This document shows, piece after piece, positions 1-9,679 of a stretch of 64,000 nucleotides of DNA (its first letter is position 1; each line of letters starts with the position of its first letter). Location: the NCBI GenBank assembly GCA_046313635.1, contig JBKBYA010000002.1, positions 480,001 to 544,000 on the forward strand. The letters are read 5' to 3'. Below the pieces are notes generated by a model. It had not been told where the DNA came from. It saw only the letters and a list, made by a program, of their open reading frames with translations, and made no database searches. This stretch comes from Pyrinomonadaceae bacterium. GTDB lineage: Bacteria; Acidobacteriota; Blastocatellia; Pyrinomonadales; Pyrinomonadaceae. Position numbers and translations under genes: made by a program.

Positions 1-563
1 AGATATCGGCTCGTTATGCCCACCACACACAGGATCCATCGCCGCCGGTGAGGTGCGACGGCATTCAAACAGAGGTCCCAGTCAAAGTTATCCCGACGTG
101 CCTCGAGCAGGTAATAAATGTCCCAGAGACGATGCTTGTAAACCCCGCCGTTGATCAGCCAATGCGTAGCGAGAATGCGAAGGTGGTCTTCGGCCGCCGG
201 CACCCGCACTCGTACGCCGTCGATCTCTAAAAACTCGCAGCGATCAAAAACATCCTGCCAAGGCGCCGTATCGAGGAGGCGAAATTCGTCGTGGAGGTCG
301 ATTCTTAGCGATTCTACCTTTCTGGTAAGTAATATGTTCTTCGCAATTTCGAAATCTGCGGAGTTTACGGCAACGTCGACATCTCCAATCGCCCGCGGAT
401 ATTCCACTGGAAAGTTCGCTGCGGCTGCAACACCCTTGAAGATGATAGCCTCGATTCCCTCTTGTGTGAGAATTTGGAATGCCTCTCGCGAACGCGTCTT
501 GACCACGCTGACTTGCAGAGTCGACCATCGACGATCGGTGTCGTTAGCAGGGCTTCGCTGCAT
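1..563 (-). CDS. Nucleotidyltransferase family protein (NTP_transf_5-like), 3' end beyond window
   Basis: Not in ORF track. Manual translation from ATG 563 is open to the edge: MQRSPANDTDRRWSTLQ...IIFKGVAAA...PRAIGDVDVAV...RIDLH, matching the KG..R..GDxD motif. Confidence 0.8.
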   Translation of the reverse strand, partial: MQRSPANDTDRRWSTLQVSVVKTRSREAFQILTQEGIEAIIFKGVAAAANFPVEYPRAIGDVDVAVNSADFEIAKNILLTRKVESLRIDLHDEFRLLDTAPWQDVFDRCEFLEIDGVRVRVPAAEDHLRILATHWLINGGVYKHRLWDIYYLLEARRDNFDWDLCLNAVAPHRRRWILCVVGITSRY

Positions 564-573
564 ATACGAACTA

Positions 574-597
574 AGGGCAGCGACGGATCGCTGCCCT
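574..597. terminator. GC-rich stem-loop between PqqD-fusion gene and nucleotidyltransferase
   Basis: AGGGCAGCGA-CGGA-TCGCTGCCCT, perfect 10-bp stem, no clear U-tract. Confidence 0.5.
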
Positions 598-620
598 AAC
601 AGCCTCTAAACGACCACAGT

Positions 621-1127
621 TTAGTTTAATGGTGGGGGACAAGTCTGCGTATTTGGCGCGTTGCAAAAACCACTACAACTACAGAAGGCGGTCGGGCACG
701 CACCGGGCGGATAGGCTTGGCATTCAGTGTCGTTGACACAGTTGCAAGACTGAGCCGCCAATGCATTTCTCGGAGCAACCAACGACGCGACCACCGGGAT
801 CGCGACCATCGATGCAAGGCCGATCTTTTTAATGACCTCCCGCCGCGACTGGCCTTTGAAGTCGGGGGCGACATTCTGTTCCAGCAGTTCGCTCTCGCTC
901 AACTGGTCGATAGCGAGCCAAACCAGGTCCTCGTTACCCGCAGCTCCACAGATGCGAGCGATCTCAGCGATCGAGGTGTTTCCATCACACGCCTTCCAGA
1001 CCGTCGCGGCGGTCTGATTCAAACAGTGGGCCTTATCGGCGTTGAGGTCGTAAACCAGCACCTCGTCAGGCATTTCCTGAACGACTAAGCCGCTCTTTCG
1101 AGCTTTTGGGAATTGCGAGCTATTCAT
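621..1127 (-). CDS. PqqD/RRE-family protein fused to Tat-like motif and Cys-rich C-terminal peptide
   Basis: EVLVYDL...AHCLNQTAATVWKACDG..SIAEIA is PqqD-like, followed by SRREVIKK, a hydrophobic stretch, ALA-A and an 8-Cys tail. GGAGGAG RBS precedes ATG 1127. Confidence 0.8.
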   Translation of the reverse strand: MNSSQFPKARKSGLVVQEMPDEVLVYDLNADKAHCLNQTAATVWKACDGNTSIAEIARICGAAGNEDLVWLAIDQLSESELLEQNVAPDFKGQSRREVIKKIGLASMVAIPVVASLVAPRNALAAQSCNCVNDTECQAYPPGACPTAFCSCSGFCNAPNTQTCPPPLN

Positions 1128-1203
1128 TTTCTCCTCCAAGTACAAATGTACAAATACAGTAAGTAAAGGTCACACCTACCCTTTGTTTAACAAACATTCT
1201 AGC

Positions 1204-2040
1204 CTAAATCGATGACTTGTCAACGATTTCCAAAAAAAACCGGGCAAAGGCCTCCGCCTCGCCGCGAGGCGACTCGTAGGCCCTGGCAACGGCCAGGGCG
1301 GACGAGACGGCCGAAATAACCATCGCCGGCGAGCGCCTCGCCGCGAGAGCGTATTCGATCATTCGCATCGACGCCTGACCGACGCTAAGCGGCCTCGGCC
1401 GCCATTCCGCGTCGTGTTGAAAACCGGTAAACAAGACCGTTGAGACCGTCACCGGTTCCTTTCCGACCCGAATATCCAGATGTTCGGGACGGACATCCGT
1501 TTCAACTACCTCTCCGACGCGTGTGCGCACCGACAGCGGCCGGGCAAAAGGATGAACGAGACCTCTCGTATCGATCACCGCATATTCGTCAGAGTAGTAT
1601 TCGGCCCCGAGCCGAGCGAGTTCCAGGACCAACGTCGTCTTGCCTTTAAAACTGTGCGCGGGCAGCAGGATCGCTTTTCCCTTCCAAGCGACGACGCCTG
1701 AGTGGATGAAAGCAAACTCTTTTGCGAATTCGCCGACCAATATCCGGGCCAAGCTGTCAAAGAATTTCCAAAACCTATAGTCCGGCTTGCCGAAACTCAT
1801 CTGGACGCCGTCCTGAATGATCCGACATATTCCCTCCTCGTCCATCTGCAAAGAGAAACAATGCTCGGCGAGGCCGCATTCGATCTCAGTTAAATTGCCG
1901 AGCAGCGCTTTTTCGACGACTCGCCGGGCGTCGGCGAGCACCGACGTGTCGTTCGACTCGACGCGGAGCCGCGTCCCATACGACTCGATGCAGAAGGCCG
2001 TTACCGGCTGCGAATTGATCATCTGAGAGTTATTGGTCAT
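1204..2040 (-). CDS. HPr kinase-related P-loop kinase
   Basis: HSGVV..KGKAILLPAHSFKGKTTL..L...GAEYYSDEY motif of HprK-related kinases. Confidence 0.75.
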   Translation of the reverse strand: MTNNSQMINSQPVTAFCIESYGTRLRVESNDTSVLADARRVVEKALLGNLTEIECGLAEHCFSLQMDEEGICRIIQDGVQMSFGKPDYRFWKFFDSLARILVGEFAKEFAFIHSGVVAWKGKAILLPAHSFKGKTTLVLELARLGAEYYSDEYAVIDTRGLVHPFARPLSVRTRVGEVVETDVRPEHLDIRVGKEPVTVSTVLFTGFQHDAEWRPRPLSVGQASMRMIEYALAARRSPAMVISAVSSALAVARAYESPRGEAEAFARFFLEIVDKSSI

Positions 2041-2087
2041 CTTATCCGACCGTTTTGAGGACGATCACGGCAAAGTAGGAGTTGAGG

Positions 2088-3110
2088 TCACGATTCACTC
2101 CGTGTCGCTGCGAATGCGACCATCCCTCCCGAGAATAGGACCGCGGCCGCGGCGACGGCGAGCAGCGCCGCGGTGTCGAAAAAAAATCCGGCGAGCCCGG
2201 CCGCCGCCAGCACCGAGGCCGACGCTCCATAGATCGCGGCCACCGATGAATGCGACATTCCCGAGATCACGAGCCGCTGGTATAGGTGAGAGCGATGCGC
2301 GGTCCAGACCCGCTCGCCGCGGAGGGCACGGCGGATAAGCGTGAACACGCTGTCAAACAGGAACGGCCATAGAACGATCGCGGCCAAGACCCAAAAGCTT
2401 CCACGCATGTCCGCCGCCTGCCGGGAAAACAAGATCGGCGTCGACGCAAAGGTAAATCCCAGGAACGCGCTTCCCACATCGCCCATAAAGATCTTGGCGG
2501 GGTGCCAGTTATGCACCAAGAATCCGATCACCGACGCGCACAGCACGGCCATCATCAACGTCTGTCCGTAGGAGCCGAACAGCACTCCGACCGCGACCCA
2601 CATTCCTGCCGCGGCGAGGGCCTGAATGCCCGCGATGCCGTCGATCCCGTCCATGAAGTTGTAGGCGTTCACGAGCCAGACCAGCCACAGCACGGTGAGC
2701 GGCGGGCCGATCGCGCCGAGTGCGATCGAACGCTGGGGGCCAAAGAGATCGACGGACGCGAATGCGCCGAGATCCGCGATCAGCATCACTGCCGCCGCGG
2801 TGTGCACGGCCAGACGGATCAGGAAGGGCACGTGCTTTATGTCATCGACCATGCTGATCGCCGCGATCAGCAATGCACCGGCGAGATATCCCCATGAAAA
2901 AAGGCCCGGCTCTCTCCAGCAAGCCGCCGCGTAGCCGGCGAGCGTCAATATCACGATAACAACGCCGCCGCCGCGAGGCACCGGCTGATCGTGAGAGCTG
3001 CGATGATTCGGCACGTCGAGCAGAGAGCGTCTCAGGCCCCAGCGGCGAAAGAGCCCGACGCCGAACCAGCTGACCGCGAATGTGCCGATGATCAGTAACG
3101 CAAAAGTCAT
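2088..3110 (-). CDS. MraY/WecA-type polyprenyl-phosphate HexNAc-1-phosphate transferase
   Basis: PNHRSSH..PVPRGGG, DD, NAYNFMDGIDG, KIFMGDVGS, AHRSHLYQRL; ATGA overlap at 3107-3110. Confidence 0.9.
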   Translation of the reverse strand: MTFALLIIGTFAVSWFGVGLFRRWGLRRSLLDVPNHRSSHDQPVPRGGGVVIVILTLAGYAAACWREPGLFSWGYLAGALLIAAISMVDDIKHVPFLIRLAVHTAAAVMLIADLGAFASVDLFGPQRSIALGAIGPPLTVLWLVWLVNAYNFMDGIDGIAGIQALAAAGMWVAVGVLFGSYGQTLMMAVLCASVIGFLVHNWHPAKIFMGDVGSAFLGFTFASTPILFSRQAADMRGSFWVLAAIVLWPFLFDSVFTLIRRALRGERVWTAHRSHLYQRLVISGMSHSSVAAIYGASASVLAAAGLAGFFFDTAALLAVAAAAVLFSGGMVAFAATRSES

Positions 3111-4105
3111 TTCGTCTCGTTGCGGTACGCCGCGACCTCTCGTCCGATGGCCGCTCTGATCGCGACGCGCGGCACGATGCCGTATTCGGCGGCGAGCCGA
3201 TCGGCGGAGTAGATGTCTTCGGCAAGCCAAGTCTCGATCGACCTTCTCAAATTCGCGAGCCGACGGCCGGCCAGCGGCAGCCGCGCCGCCGCGCCGAGGA
3301 TCGCCCTCGGCAGCCCGCCGGGGATGGTCAGCCGCGGCGTCGGACGTCCGAGAGCGGCGCAGACGATCCGAACGATCTCGCCGGTCGACTCGGGCGGCGC
3401 AGCGAGATTGAATATTTCGAGCTCGGCCGCTGAACGCTCGGCGAGCTCCGCCGCGACGGCCGCGACGTCGCCGACGTAGACGAGGCTTTTAAGATCATCG
3501 CCGCGGCCTACGTTAACAAATCTTCCGCGGTCGATCGCCCTGATCAGCCTCGCAAAATTTCCCCGGCTGCCCTCGCCTATGATCGGAGCGGGACGCAAGA
3601 TCGTCAGCCCCACGCCGAGCTCTCGGCACGCTTCGCGGGCCGCCGTCTCGCCTTCGAGCTTGCTCTGGGCGTACGCGTCCTCGGGGAGGCACGGGTCAAA
3701 CTCGTCGACCGGCCGTCCGCTCGTCCTTGCCGAACGCCCGTAAACCAGGACCGAGCTCACAAGGACAAAACGCCGGCAGCCCGATCGGCCAGCGGCATCC
3801 GCGACATTGCGAACGCCTTCGACGTTTACCCGCTGGTATTCGTCGTCGGCGACCGCGCCAAAGCGGTGCGCGATACCGGCACAATGAATAACGCTGTCGA
3901 AGGGAGCATGACGCGAGAGCCCCGCCACGCTCTCGGAGCTCGCCACATCGAGCGAGAGAGGCGTGACGCTGTTGAGCTCGCCGAATGACCCGGCGCCGCG
4001 TCCCTGCGGTCCGCCGGCGGCAAAGATCCGATGGCCGCGCGATGCGAGCTCGCGCACGACCGCCCGGCCTACAAATCCTGTTGCTCCTGTGACCAGACAA
4101 CGCAT
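3107..4105 (-). CDS. NAD-dependent epimerase/dehydratase
   Basis: TGATGFVG Rossmann motif, YAQSK catalytic motif. Confidence 0.85.
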   Translation of the reverse strand: MRCLVTGATGFVGRAVVRELASRGHRIFAAGGPQGRGAGSFGELNSVTPLSLDVASSESVAGLSRHAPFDSVIHCAGIAHRFGAVADDEYQRVNVEGVRNVADAAGRSGCRRFVLVSSVLVYGRSARTSGRPVDEFDPCLPEDAYAQSKLEGETAAREACRELGVGLTILRPAPIIGEGSRGNFARLIRAIDRGRFVNVGRGDDLKSLVYVGDVAAVAAELAERSAAELEIFNLAAPPESTGEIVRIVCAALGRPTPRLTIPGGLPRAILGAAARLPLAGRRLANLRRSIETWLAEDIYSADRLAAEYGIVPRVAIRAAIGREVAAYRNETK

Positions 4106-5350
4106 TCAGACGATATCGGTAAACGAGGTCATCGCCCGTCGATAGCTCTCTACGGCCCGCTCGGGCGAATACTTTTCGACGGCGGCCGCGCGGGCCCGCC
4201 GGCCCATCTCGTCGAGCTCGGCGCGGCGAGAGTAGATCTCGATAACGGCGTCGCGCAGCGCGGCAGGATCGTGCGGCCGAATGTGCCAGCCGACCCGCTC
4301 CTCGTCGATCACCCGCGCGAGCTCCGAGCCCTCGTCGGTCAGCGCGAGTATCGGCTTGCCGGCAGCGAGGATGTTGTACGTGCGGCTGGGCATCGCCGTG
4401 CCCCACATATTTCCGACGAGCGATATCAGACCGACGTCGCATGCGTTGAGAAAAACGCGCTGCTCCTCTCTTGGCCGCGTGCCGAGGATCGAAACGTTTG
4501 TCAGCCCTCGTTCGGCGACCGTCGCGTCGAGCCAAGGCTTTTTCGCTCCGGAACCGACAAAGACAAAGTGAAATCGCTCGTCGTCGCGCAGCATCGACGC
4601 GCATTCGATGATCGACTCGATGTCGGTCGGGTGCCCGATATTGCCGGCGTACATAAAGACGAATTTGTCGCGCAGGCCGAGCTGCTCGAGCAGCGGATTA
4701 TTGTGCCGGTCGCCCGGTTCGACGAGGTCGAGGTCGGCCCAATTCGGGATCGTCACGATCGCCGGGTCGAGGCCGCGGGCCTTTTGTTCCATCAGTTCCT
4801 TCATATCGCGGCCGACGACGATGATCCGCCGCGCGTGCTTATAGAGCCAGCGGTTAAGCCGGTTCGCGACGCGAACGAGCGCGGAATCGGGCTTGGTCTT
4901 TCCGACCGCGACGAGGATCTCGGGATAACTGTCGTGCAGCAAAAGCGTGTACGTCGAGCGGCGCATCAGCGCCGCGAGGGCCGTCGTAAATGGCAGGCTC
5001 GGCGGGGCCGTCACCACCAACACCTCGTCGCCCGGGCCAAACCTCGCTATCGACCGCATGAACATCGACGCTCCGAGCGTGAACATATTGACCACGCGAT
5101 ACGGGATCACGTTCTTATCGAGCCGGGTGCTCCAGGTGCGAAAGATCTCGACGCCGTTGTGCACCTCGCGATACGGAGCGATCGTGCCGCGGGCGGCATA
5201 GTTCGGCTGGCCGCAGATGACCTTGACGTCAAAATCGGCGGTCAGCCCTTCGGCGATCGACGTGAGGTAATAACCGGTCGAGATCATCTCCGGATAATAG
5301 ACCTCGGTCACGATCCAGAGTCGCTTCTTTTGCGCATGTTCATTCGGCAT
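4106..5350 (-). CDS. Glycosyltransferase family 4 (WbuB-like)
   Basis: YYPE, TAPP, IPNWAD, YAGNIG, PSRTYNILAAGKPI. Confidence 0.85.
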   Translation of the reverse strand: MPNEHAQKKRLWIVTEVYYPEMISTGYYLTSIAEGLTADFDVKVICGQPNYAARGTIAPYREVHNGVEIFRTWSTRLDKNVIPYRVVNMFTLGASMFMRSIARFGPGDEVLVVTAPPSLPFTTALAALMRRSTYTLLLHDSYPEILVAVGKTKPDSALVRVANRLNRWLYKHARRIIVVGRDMKELMEQKARGLDPAIVTIPNWADLDLVEPGDRHNNPLLEQLGLRDKFVFMYAGNIGHPTDIESIIECASMLRDDERFHFVFVGSGAKKPWLDATVAERGLTNVSILGTRPREEQRVFLNACDVGLISLVGNMWGTAMPSRTYNILAAGKPILALTDEGSELARVIDEERVGWHIRPHDPAALRDAVIEIYSRRAELDEMGRRARAAAVEKYSPERAVESYRRAMTSFTDIV

Positions 5351-5370
5351 CGGTGATCGGCGGCAGCTTT

Positions 5371-6564
5371 CTAAAGCGCGGCGGCCTGCGTGAATAACCG
5401 CCGTGTGAGATCCTCCGAAGAATTTTCAGCAAGGTAGTTCAGGGCGAATGTGCGGGCCGCTGTCGATCGTCGGCGAAACTCGTCGGCCTCCATCGCAACA
5501 CAGTATTCGATCAATTTGGTCCAGTCCTGCCGGCACGCGAGAGGCAGTATCCAGCCCGCGCCGGCCGCCTCGACGCCGCCCCAGATCGTATTCTCGCTCA
5601 GTATCGCCGGCGTCCCCGCGGCGAGGCTCTCGAGGATCACGTAGCCAAAATTCTCGTTCAGCGTCGGCAGCACGAAGAAATGATTCTCACACAACAACCT
5701 GAGTCCCTCAAGACGCTCGACGCCGCCCGCGACCTCAAGTGATACGTTAGCTCCGAGACGCCCGGCCGCCGTGCGGCACTCAGCCCAGTACGCGGCGTCC
5801 TCGAGCGGGCCGGCGACGGTCAAATGCACATTCGAGTCCGGCCGGACCTGAGACAAAGCTTCAAGAAAATAGGCGAGATTCTTTTTTGGGACGACACGCG
5901 AAAAGAATATGAACCGAGCCTCGCCGGGACGCTTTTGCGGCTTGAGGTCAGCCGAATAGCCGGGCAAGATCTCCTTCGGCGTGAGGTCTGGTGCGATCTG
6001 CGGTGCGACGTGCCGGCCAAAGACGCTCTTTATCTCTTCGCTCTCGAGCTCGGTTGTCGCCTTCCAGATGACGTCGCGGTAGAGTCCGACCGCCTTTGCG
6101 TAGAGGAGAAACAAGCGTTTCTTTAAAGCGCTCGACCGCATCGCGCCGGCAGACAGCTCGCCGCACGGGGCGACGACGGTCGGCGTCCGCGTCCCGTTTC
6201 GCCGACGGGCCCGCAGATATGCTATCCCCGCCGCGCCGAAAACACTGTTGAGGAAGACGACGTCCGGCGCGGCCTCGTCCACGATCCGCCGGGCGACCGA
6301 GGGCGAGATCTCGCCCGGCGAAGCGTAATAGACCGATTCGCCTCCGGCGAGACGATGCCACTCGCCCGCCTCGATCCGCGGGTAGCGTTTTCTGTCGCCG
6401 TGGTCGCGGTCTCGCGTGAAAACGGCAAACTCAAAATCGCCGCTCAGGCGGTCGATGAGATTCGCTACGGTCCACATCCCGCCGCCGCCTTTCGTGCTAG
6501 GGCGATAATACTCGCAAAAAATAAGGACCTTTATTTTTCGCCCCGCGGCGAACGGGCGGCTCAT
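5371..6564 (-). CDS. Glycosyltransferase family 4
   Basis: SRVVPKKN and ENFGYVILESLAAGTP (EX7E). Confidence 0.85.
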   Translation of the reverse strand: MSRPFAAGRKIKVLIFCEYYRPSTKGGGGMWTVANLIDRLSGDFEFAVFTRDRDHGDRKRYPRIEAGEWHRLAGGESVYYASPGEISPSVARRIVDEAAPDVVFLNSVFGAAGIAYLRARRRNGTRTPTVVAPCGELSAGAMRSSALKKRLFLLYAKAVGLYRDVIWKATTELESEEIKSVFGRHVAPQIAPDLTPKEILPGYSADLKPQKRPGEARFIFFSRVVPKKNLAYFLEALSQVRPDSNVHLTVAGPLEDAAYWAECRTAAGRLGANVSLEVAGGVERLEGLRLLCENHFFVLPTLNENFGYVILESLAAGTPAILSENTIWGGVEAAGAGWILPLACRQDWTKLIEYCVAMEADEFRRRSTAARTFALNYLAENSSEDLTRRLFTQAAAL

Positions 6565-7670
6565 GAGCTGTGCTTGCGGAGACTCGTGTGGCCGAGGACG
6601 ATCTTGGCGACGGTGGTCGAGACATTTGCCGCGAGATACTCGCGCGGAGGCTCCCATGCCGAGCTCTCGGCCGTCGCGACCTCGACCGCACGCGCTATCG
6701 CGTCGGTTGAGGCGCCGCTGATGATGTTGCTCCCGGCCTCGAGCGTCTCGGGCCGCTCGGTCACGTCACGGACCGTCACATTCGGGATGCCGAAGATGCA
6801 GCATTCTTCCTGCACGGTGCCGCTGTCGGTCAGCACGGCGAAGGCCTGCTTTTCGAGCGCGACGAAATCGAAGAATCCGAGCGGGTCGAGCATCTTGATC
6901 GCGTCCTCGCTGGCCTGAATGCCGAACTGAAGAAGCTTGTCGGCAGTCCGCGGATGAACCGAGATCAGCACCGGCCGCTTGTATCGTTCGGCAACGCCGG
7001 CGATGCCGTTAAAGATCGTCTTGAGACGCTCCTCGAGATCGACATTCTCGGCTCGATGTATCGTCGCGAGAAAGTATTCGCCCGGCCTCACGCCGAGATC
7101 GTCAAATACAGTGCTCCGCTCGATCTCGGGCGCAAAGCGGTCGAGCACCTCCTTGATCGGATTGCCGGTCACAAAAATCCGTTCGCGCTCGATGCCCTCG
7201 GCGACGAGATTCTCCTTGCTCCGCTCGGTATACGGCAGCAGCACGCTGCTCGAATGATCGATGATGCGCCGATTGACCTCTTCGGGAACGCGGTCATCGT
7301 AGCAGCGGTTGCCTGCCTCCATATGAAAGACCGGTATTCCCTTTCGAGCGGCGACTATCGCCGAGAGAGCGCTGTTGGTGTCGCCGAGGATGAGGACGCG
7401 GTCGGGCCGGTGCTCGTCGAGCACCGCGTCGACCTTTGAGAGTATCTGTCCGATCTGGTCGCCAAAGCCCGACGCTCGGATGCCGAGATGGATGTCGGGC
7501 GTCCGGACGCCGAGGTCACGGAAAAAAATGTCGCTCAGGCTCTCGTGAAAGTTCTGCCCCGTGTGAACGGTGACGTGCTCGCCCGGGCCGCAAAAGCGGT
7601 CGAGCTTTTCCATCACGAGACTGAGGCGGATTATCTCCGGCCGCGTGCCGAAGATCGTCATTACTTTCAT
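6561..7670 (-). CDS. UDP-N-acetylhexosamine 2-epimerase, non-hydrolysing (FnlC/QnlB-like)
   Basis: GTRPEIIRL, HTGQN, HMEAGNRC, TDSGTVQEE, TERPE. Confidence 0.9.
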   Translation of the reverse strand: MKVMTIFGTRPEIIRLSLVMEKLDRFCGPGEHVTVHTGQNFHESLSDIFFRDLGVRTPDIHLGIRASGFGDQIGQILSKVDAVLDEHRPDRVLILGDTNSALSAIVAARKGIPVFHMEAGNRCYDDRVPEEVNRRIIDHSSSVLLPYTERSKENLVAEGIERERIFVTGNPIKEVLDRFAPEIERSTVFDDLGVRPGEYFLATIHRAENVDLEERLKTIFNGIAGVAERYKRPVLISVHPRTADKLLQFGIQASEDAIKMLDPLGFFDFVALEKQAFAVLTDSGTVQEECCIFGIPNVTVRDVTERPETLEAGSNIISGASTDAIARAVEVATAESSAWEPPREYLAANVSTTVAKIVLGHTSLRKHSS

Positions 7671-7687
7671 AGATAAATCTTCGGCAG

Positions 7688-8749
7688 CTACTTCGCCGCA
7701 GCCGCGAGAAAGCGGCCGATCTCTTCGCTCGCAGAGCCGAGGAGGTCTCGCAGCTCGGGTATCGAGAGATTGGCGTCCTTGGACGAGTATTCCGTTTTGA
7801 GCGCCGGTTCGAATCCGTCGTCCGCGGCCTCGCGCAGCTCCGGCAGCACCGGGAGGATCGCGTAATAATCGCCACGCTCGGTCGTGCGAAAGCACTCTTC
7901 TTCGGAGACCATTATCTCGTGGACCTTTTCGCCGGGCCGAATGCCGGTGTAAACGATCGGAAGCTGCTCATCGCCCATCAGCGCCATCGCGACATCGGTG
8001 ATGTTTGCGGACGGGACCTTCGGGACAAAGGTCTCGCCCCGCCGGCCCGTCGCGACGGCCGCAAAGACGGTGTCGACCGCACGGTCGAGGCTCAGCAGGA
8101 AGCGCGTCATCTCGGGCAGCGTCACAGTGACCGGCCGCCGCTCGCGGATCTGCTCGACAAAGAGAGGCACGATCGACCCTCGCGACGCGATCACGTTGCC
8201 GTAGCGGACGCACATAAAGCTCGTCCGCGGGCAGTCGCGATTGGCCTCGATGAGGATCCGTTCCTGGAGCGCCTTGGTCATGCCCATCACGTTGATCGGC
8301 TTGCAGGCCTTGTCGGTCGAGATGCCGACGACCATCTCGACCGGCAGATCGTTTTCGCGAACGGCGCGGACGACGTTCTGAGCGCCGACGATATTGGTCT
8401 GCACCGCCTCGAACGGGAAATACTCGCACGACGGCACCTGCTTGAGCGCGGCCGCGTGAAAAACGACGTCAGCCTCGCGCATCGCCGCAAGCAGAGCGGG
8501 ATAATCGCGCACGTCGCCGATCCTGAAATTGAGCAGCTCGCGCGAATTCTGATAGATCACGTCGTCGGTCGCGGCCTCGCGATGCATAAAGTCGAGCCGC
8601 ATATAGTGCTGCTTCGCCTCGTCACGCGAATAAACCGTGATCTGCCGCGGCCGGCCCATCTCGCCGGCGAGCAGACGCTTGACGACCGTCTGACCGAGCG
8701 AGCCTGTGCCGCCGGTCACGAGTATTCTCTTTCCGTCCAGTTGATTCAT
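7688..8749 (-). CDS. UDP-GlcNAc 4,6-dehydratase/epimerase (FnlA/CapE-like)
   Basis: TGGTGSLG, SRDEAKQ, HAAALKQVPSCE, STDKA, RYGNV.ASRGS, GIRPGEK. Confidence 0.9.
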   Translation of the reverse strand: MNQLDGKRILVTGGTGSLGQTVVKRLLAGEMGRPRQITVYSRDEAKQHYMRLDFMHREAATDDVIYQNSRELLNFRIGDVRDYPALLAAMREADVVFHAAALKQVPSCEYFPFEAVQTNIVGAQNVVRAVRENDLPVEMVVGISTDKACKPINVMGMTKALQERILIEANRDCPRTSFMCVRYGNVIASRGSIVPLFVEQIRERRPVTVTLPEMTRFLLSLDRAVDTVFAAVATGRRGETFVPKVPSANITDVAMALMGDEQLPIVYTGIRPGEKVHEIMVSEEECFRTTERGDYYAILPVLPELREAADDGFEPALKTEYSSKDANLSIPELRDLLGSASEEIGRFLAAAAK

Positions 8750-9648
8750 TGTCTCCAGGATGCGTACGGGGCAGCGTCGGCGGCCATCAGACGGACCATC
8801 TCGTCCCACGGGAGCGGAGCGAAGCCGGTCGCCTGTCTAAACCTCGTCGAGTCGAGACTGCGGTCGATTCGAAAGTCTTCAAAGCGTTCGATCTCTACGC
8901 CGGCGCCGAATTCGCGGTCGATCATTCTAAGCAGTTCGTACTTGTCGATCGGGTCGCTCGAGACGTGAAAAAGCCCCGTCAGATATGACTCGCGCTGCAG
9001 TAACTCTGAAAGTATATCGGCAAAGACAACCGTTGGAAAGCCGCTGTAAATCGCGTTCGCGTAGCCTTTTACCTTTGCGCCGCGGTTGGAGAGAAACCAT
9101 TCGACCAAGCTGTGAGCGGTCGCGAGCTCGCGGCCGATGATCGACGTGCGGATCGTGAGGCAATTGCCCGCGGTCACCTCGCCGATGTTCTTGCTGCGGC
9201 CGTAGAGGTCAAGCGCGTCGGCCGGGTCGGTCTCGGAATAATTTCCCCGCTCGCCGCTAAAGACACAGTCGGTGCTGATGCACACGAGGTGAAACCCGTA
9301 CTCCTCGCCAAGCTGTGCGAGACGATGCGGGAGTATCGAATTGACGGTCAGCGTCGTGATGACGTCCTTTGACGACGGGAGCTGCTTGATGATGCCGACG
9401 GCGTTTACGACGACGTCGGGCCGCGAGGCCTCGATCGCACGGCGAAGGTCGGTCTCGCGCTCGACGCTGACGTTCTCGATCGTGCGTCCGGCCGTGTAAA
9501 TGCCAAACCGCTCGACTTCGTCGAAACCGGTGCGGACGGTGCACCAGACCTCATGCGGGCCTTCAAGTCTCTGAACGAGCTTATGGCCGAGCATTCCGGT
9601 CCCGCCGAGGACGAGAACGCGCCTTTTTTTGTTAACGCTATTTGTCAT
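8746..9648 (-). CDS. RmlD-family 4-keto sugar reductase (QnlA/WbvR-like)
   Basis: GGTGMLG, ISTDCVFSG, YGRSK, RTSIIG. Confidence 0.85.
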   Translation of the reverse strand: MTNSVNKKRRVLVLGGTGMLGHKLVQRLEGPHEVWCTVRTGFDEVERFGIYTAGRTIENVSVERETDLRRAIEASRPDVVVNAVGIIKQLPSSKDVITTLTVNSILPHRLAQLGEEYGFHLVCISTDCVFSGERGNYSETDPADALDLYGRSKNIGEVTAGNCLTIRTSIIGRELATAHSLVEWFLSNRGAKVKGYANAIYSGFPTVVFADILSELLQRESYLTGLFHVSSDPIDKYELLRMIDREFGAGVEIERFEDFRIDRSLDSTRFRQATGFAPLPWDEMVRLMAADAAPYASWRQ

Positions 9649-9679
9649 CTGTCTGCGATCCAACCGTTAAGAGATCACT

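Noticed and set aside
244..528. ORF-track 94-aa minus ORF and 151-609 plus ORF
   Set aside because: Wrong frames; the real gene is the nucleotidyltransferase frame starting at 563.
1..2040. PQQ biosynthesis or a canonical lasso peptide cluster
   Set aside because: No pqqA/B/C/E, lasso cyclase or B2 protease within the window; cannot be excluded beyond the left edge.
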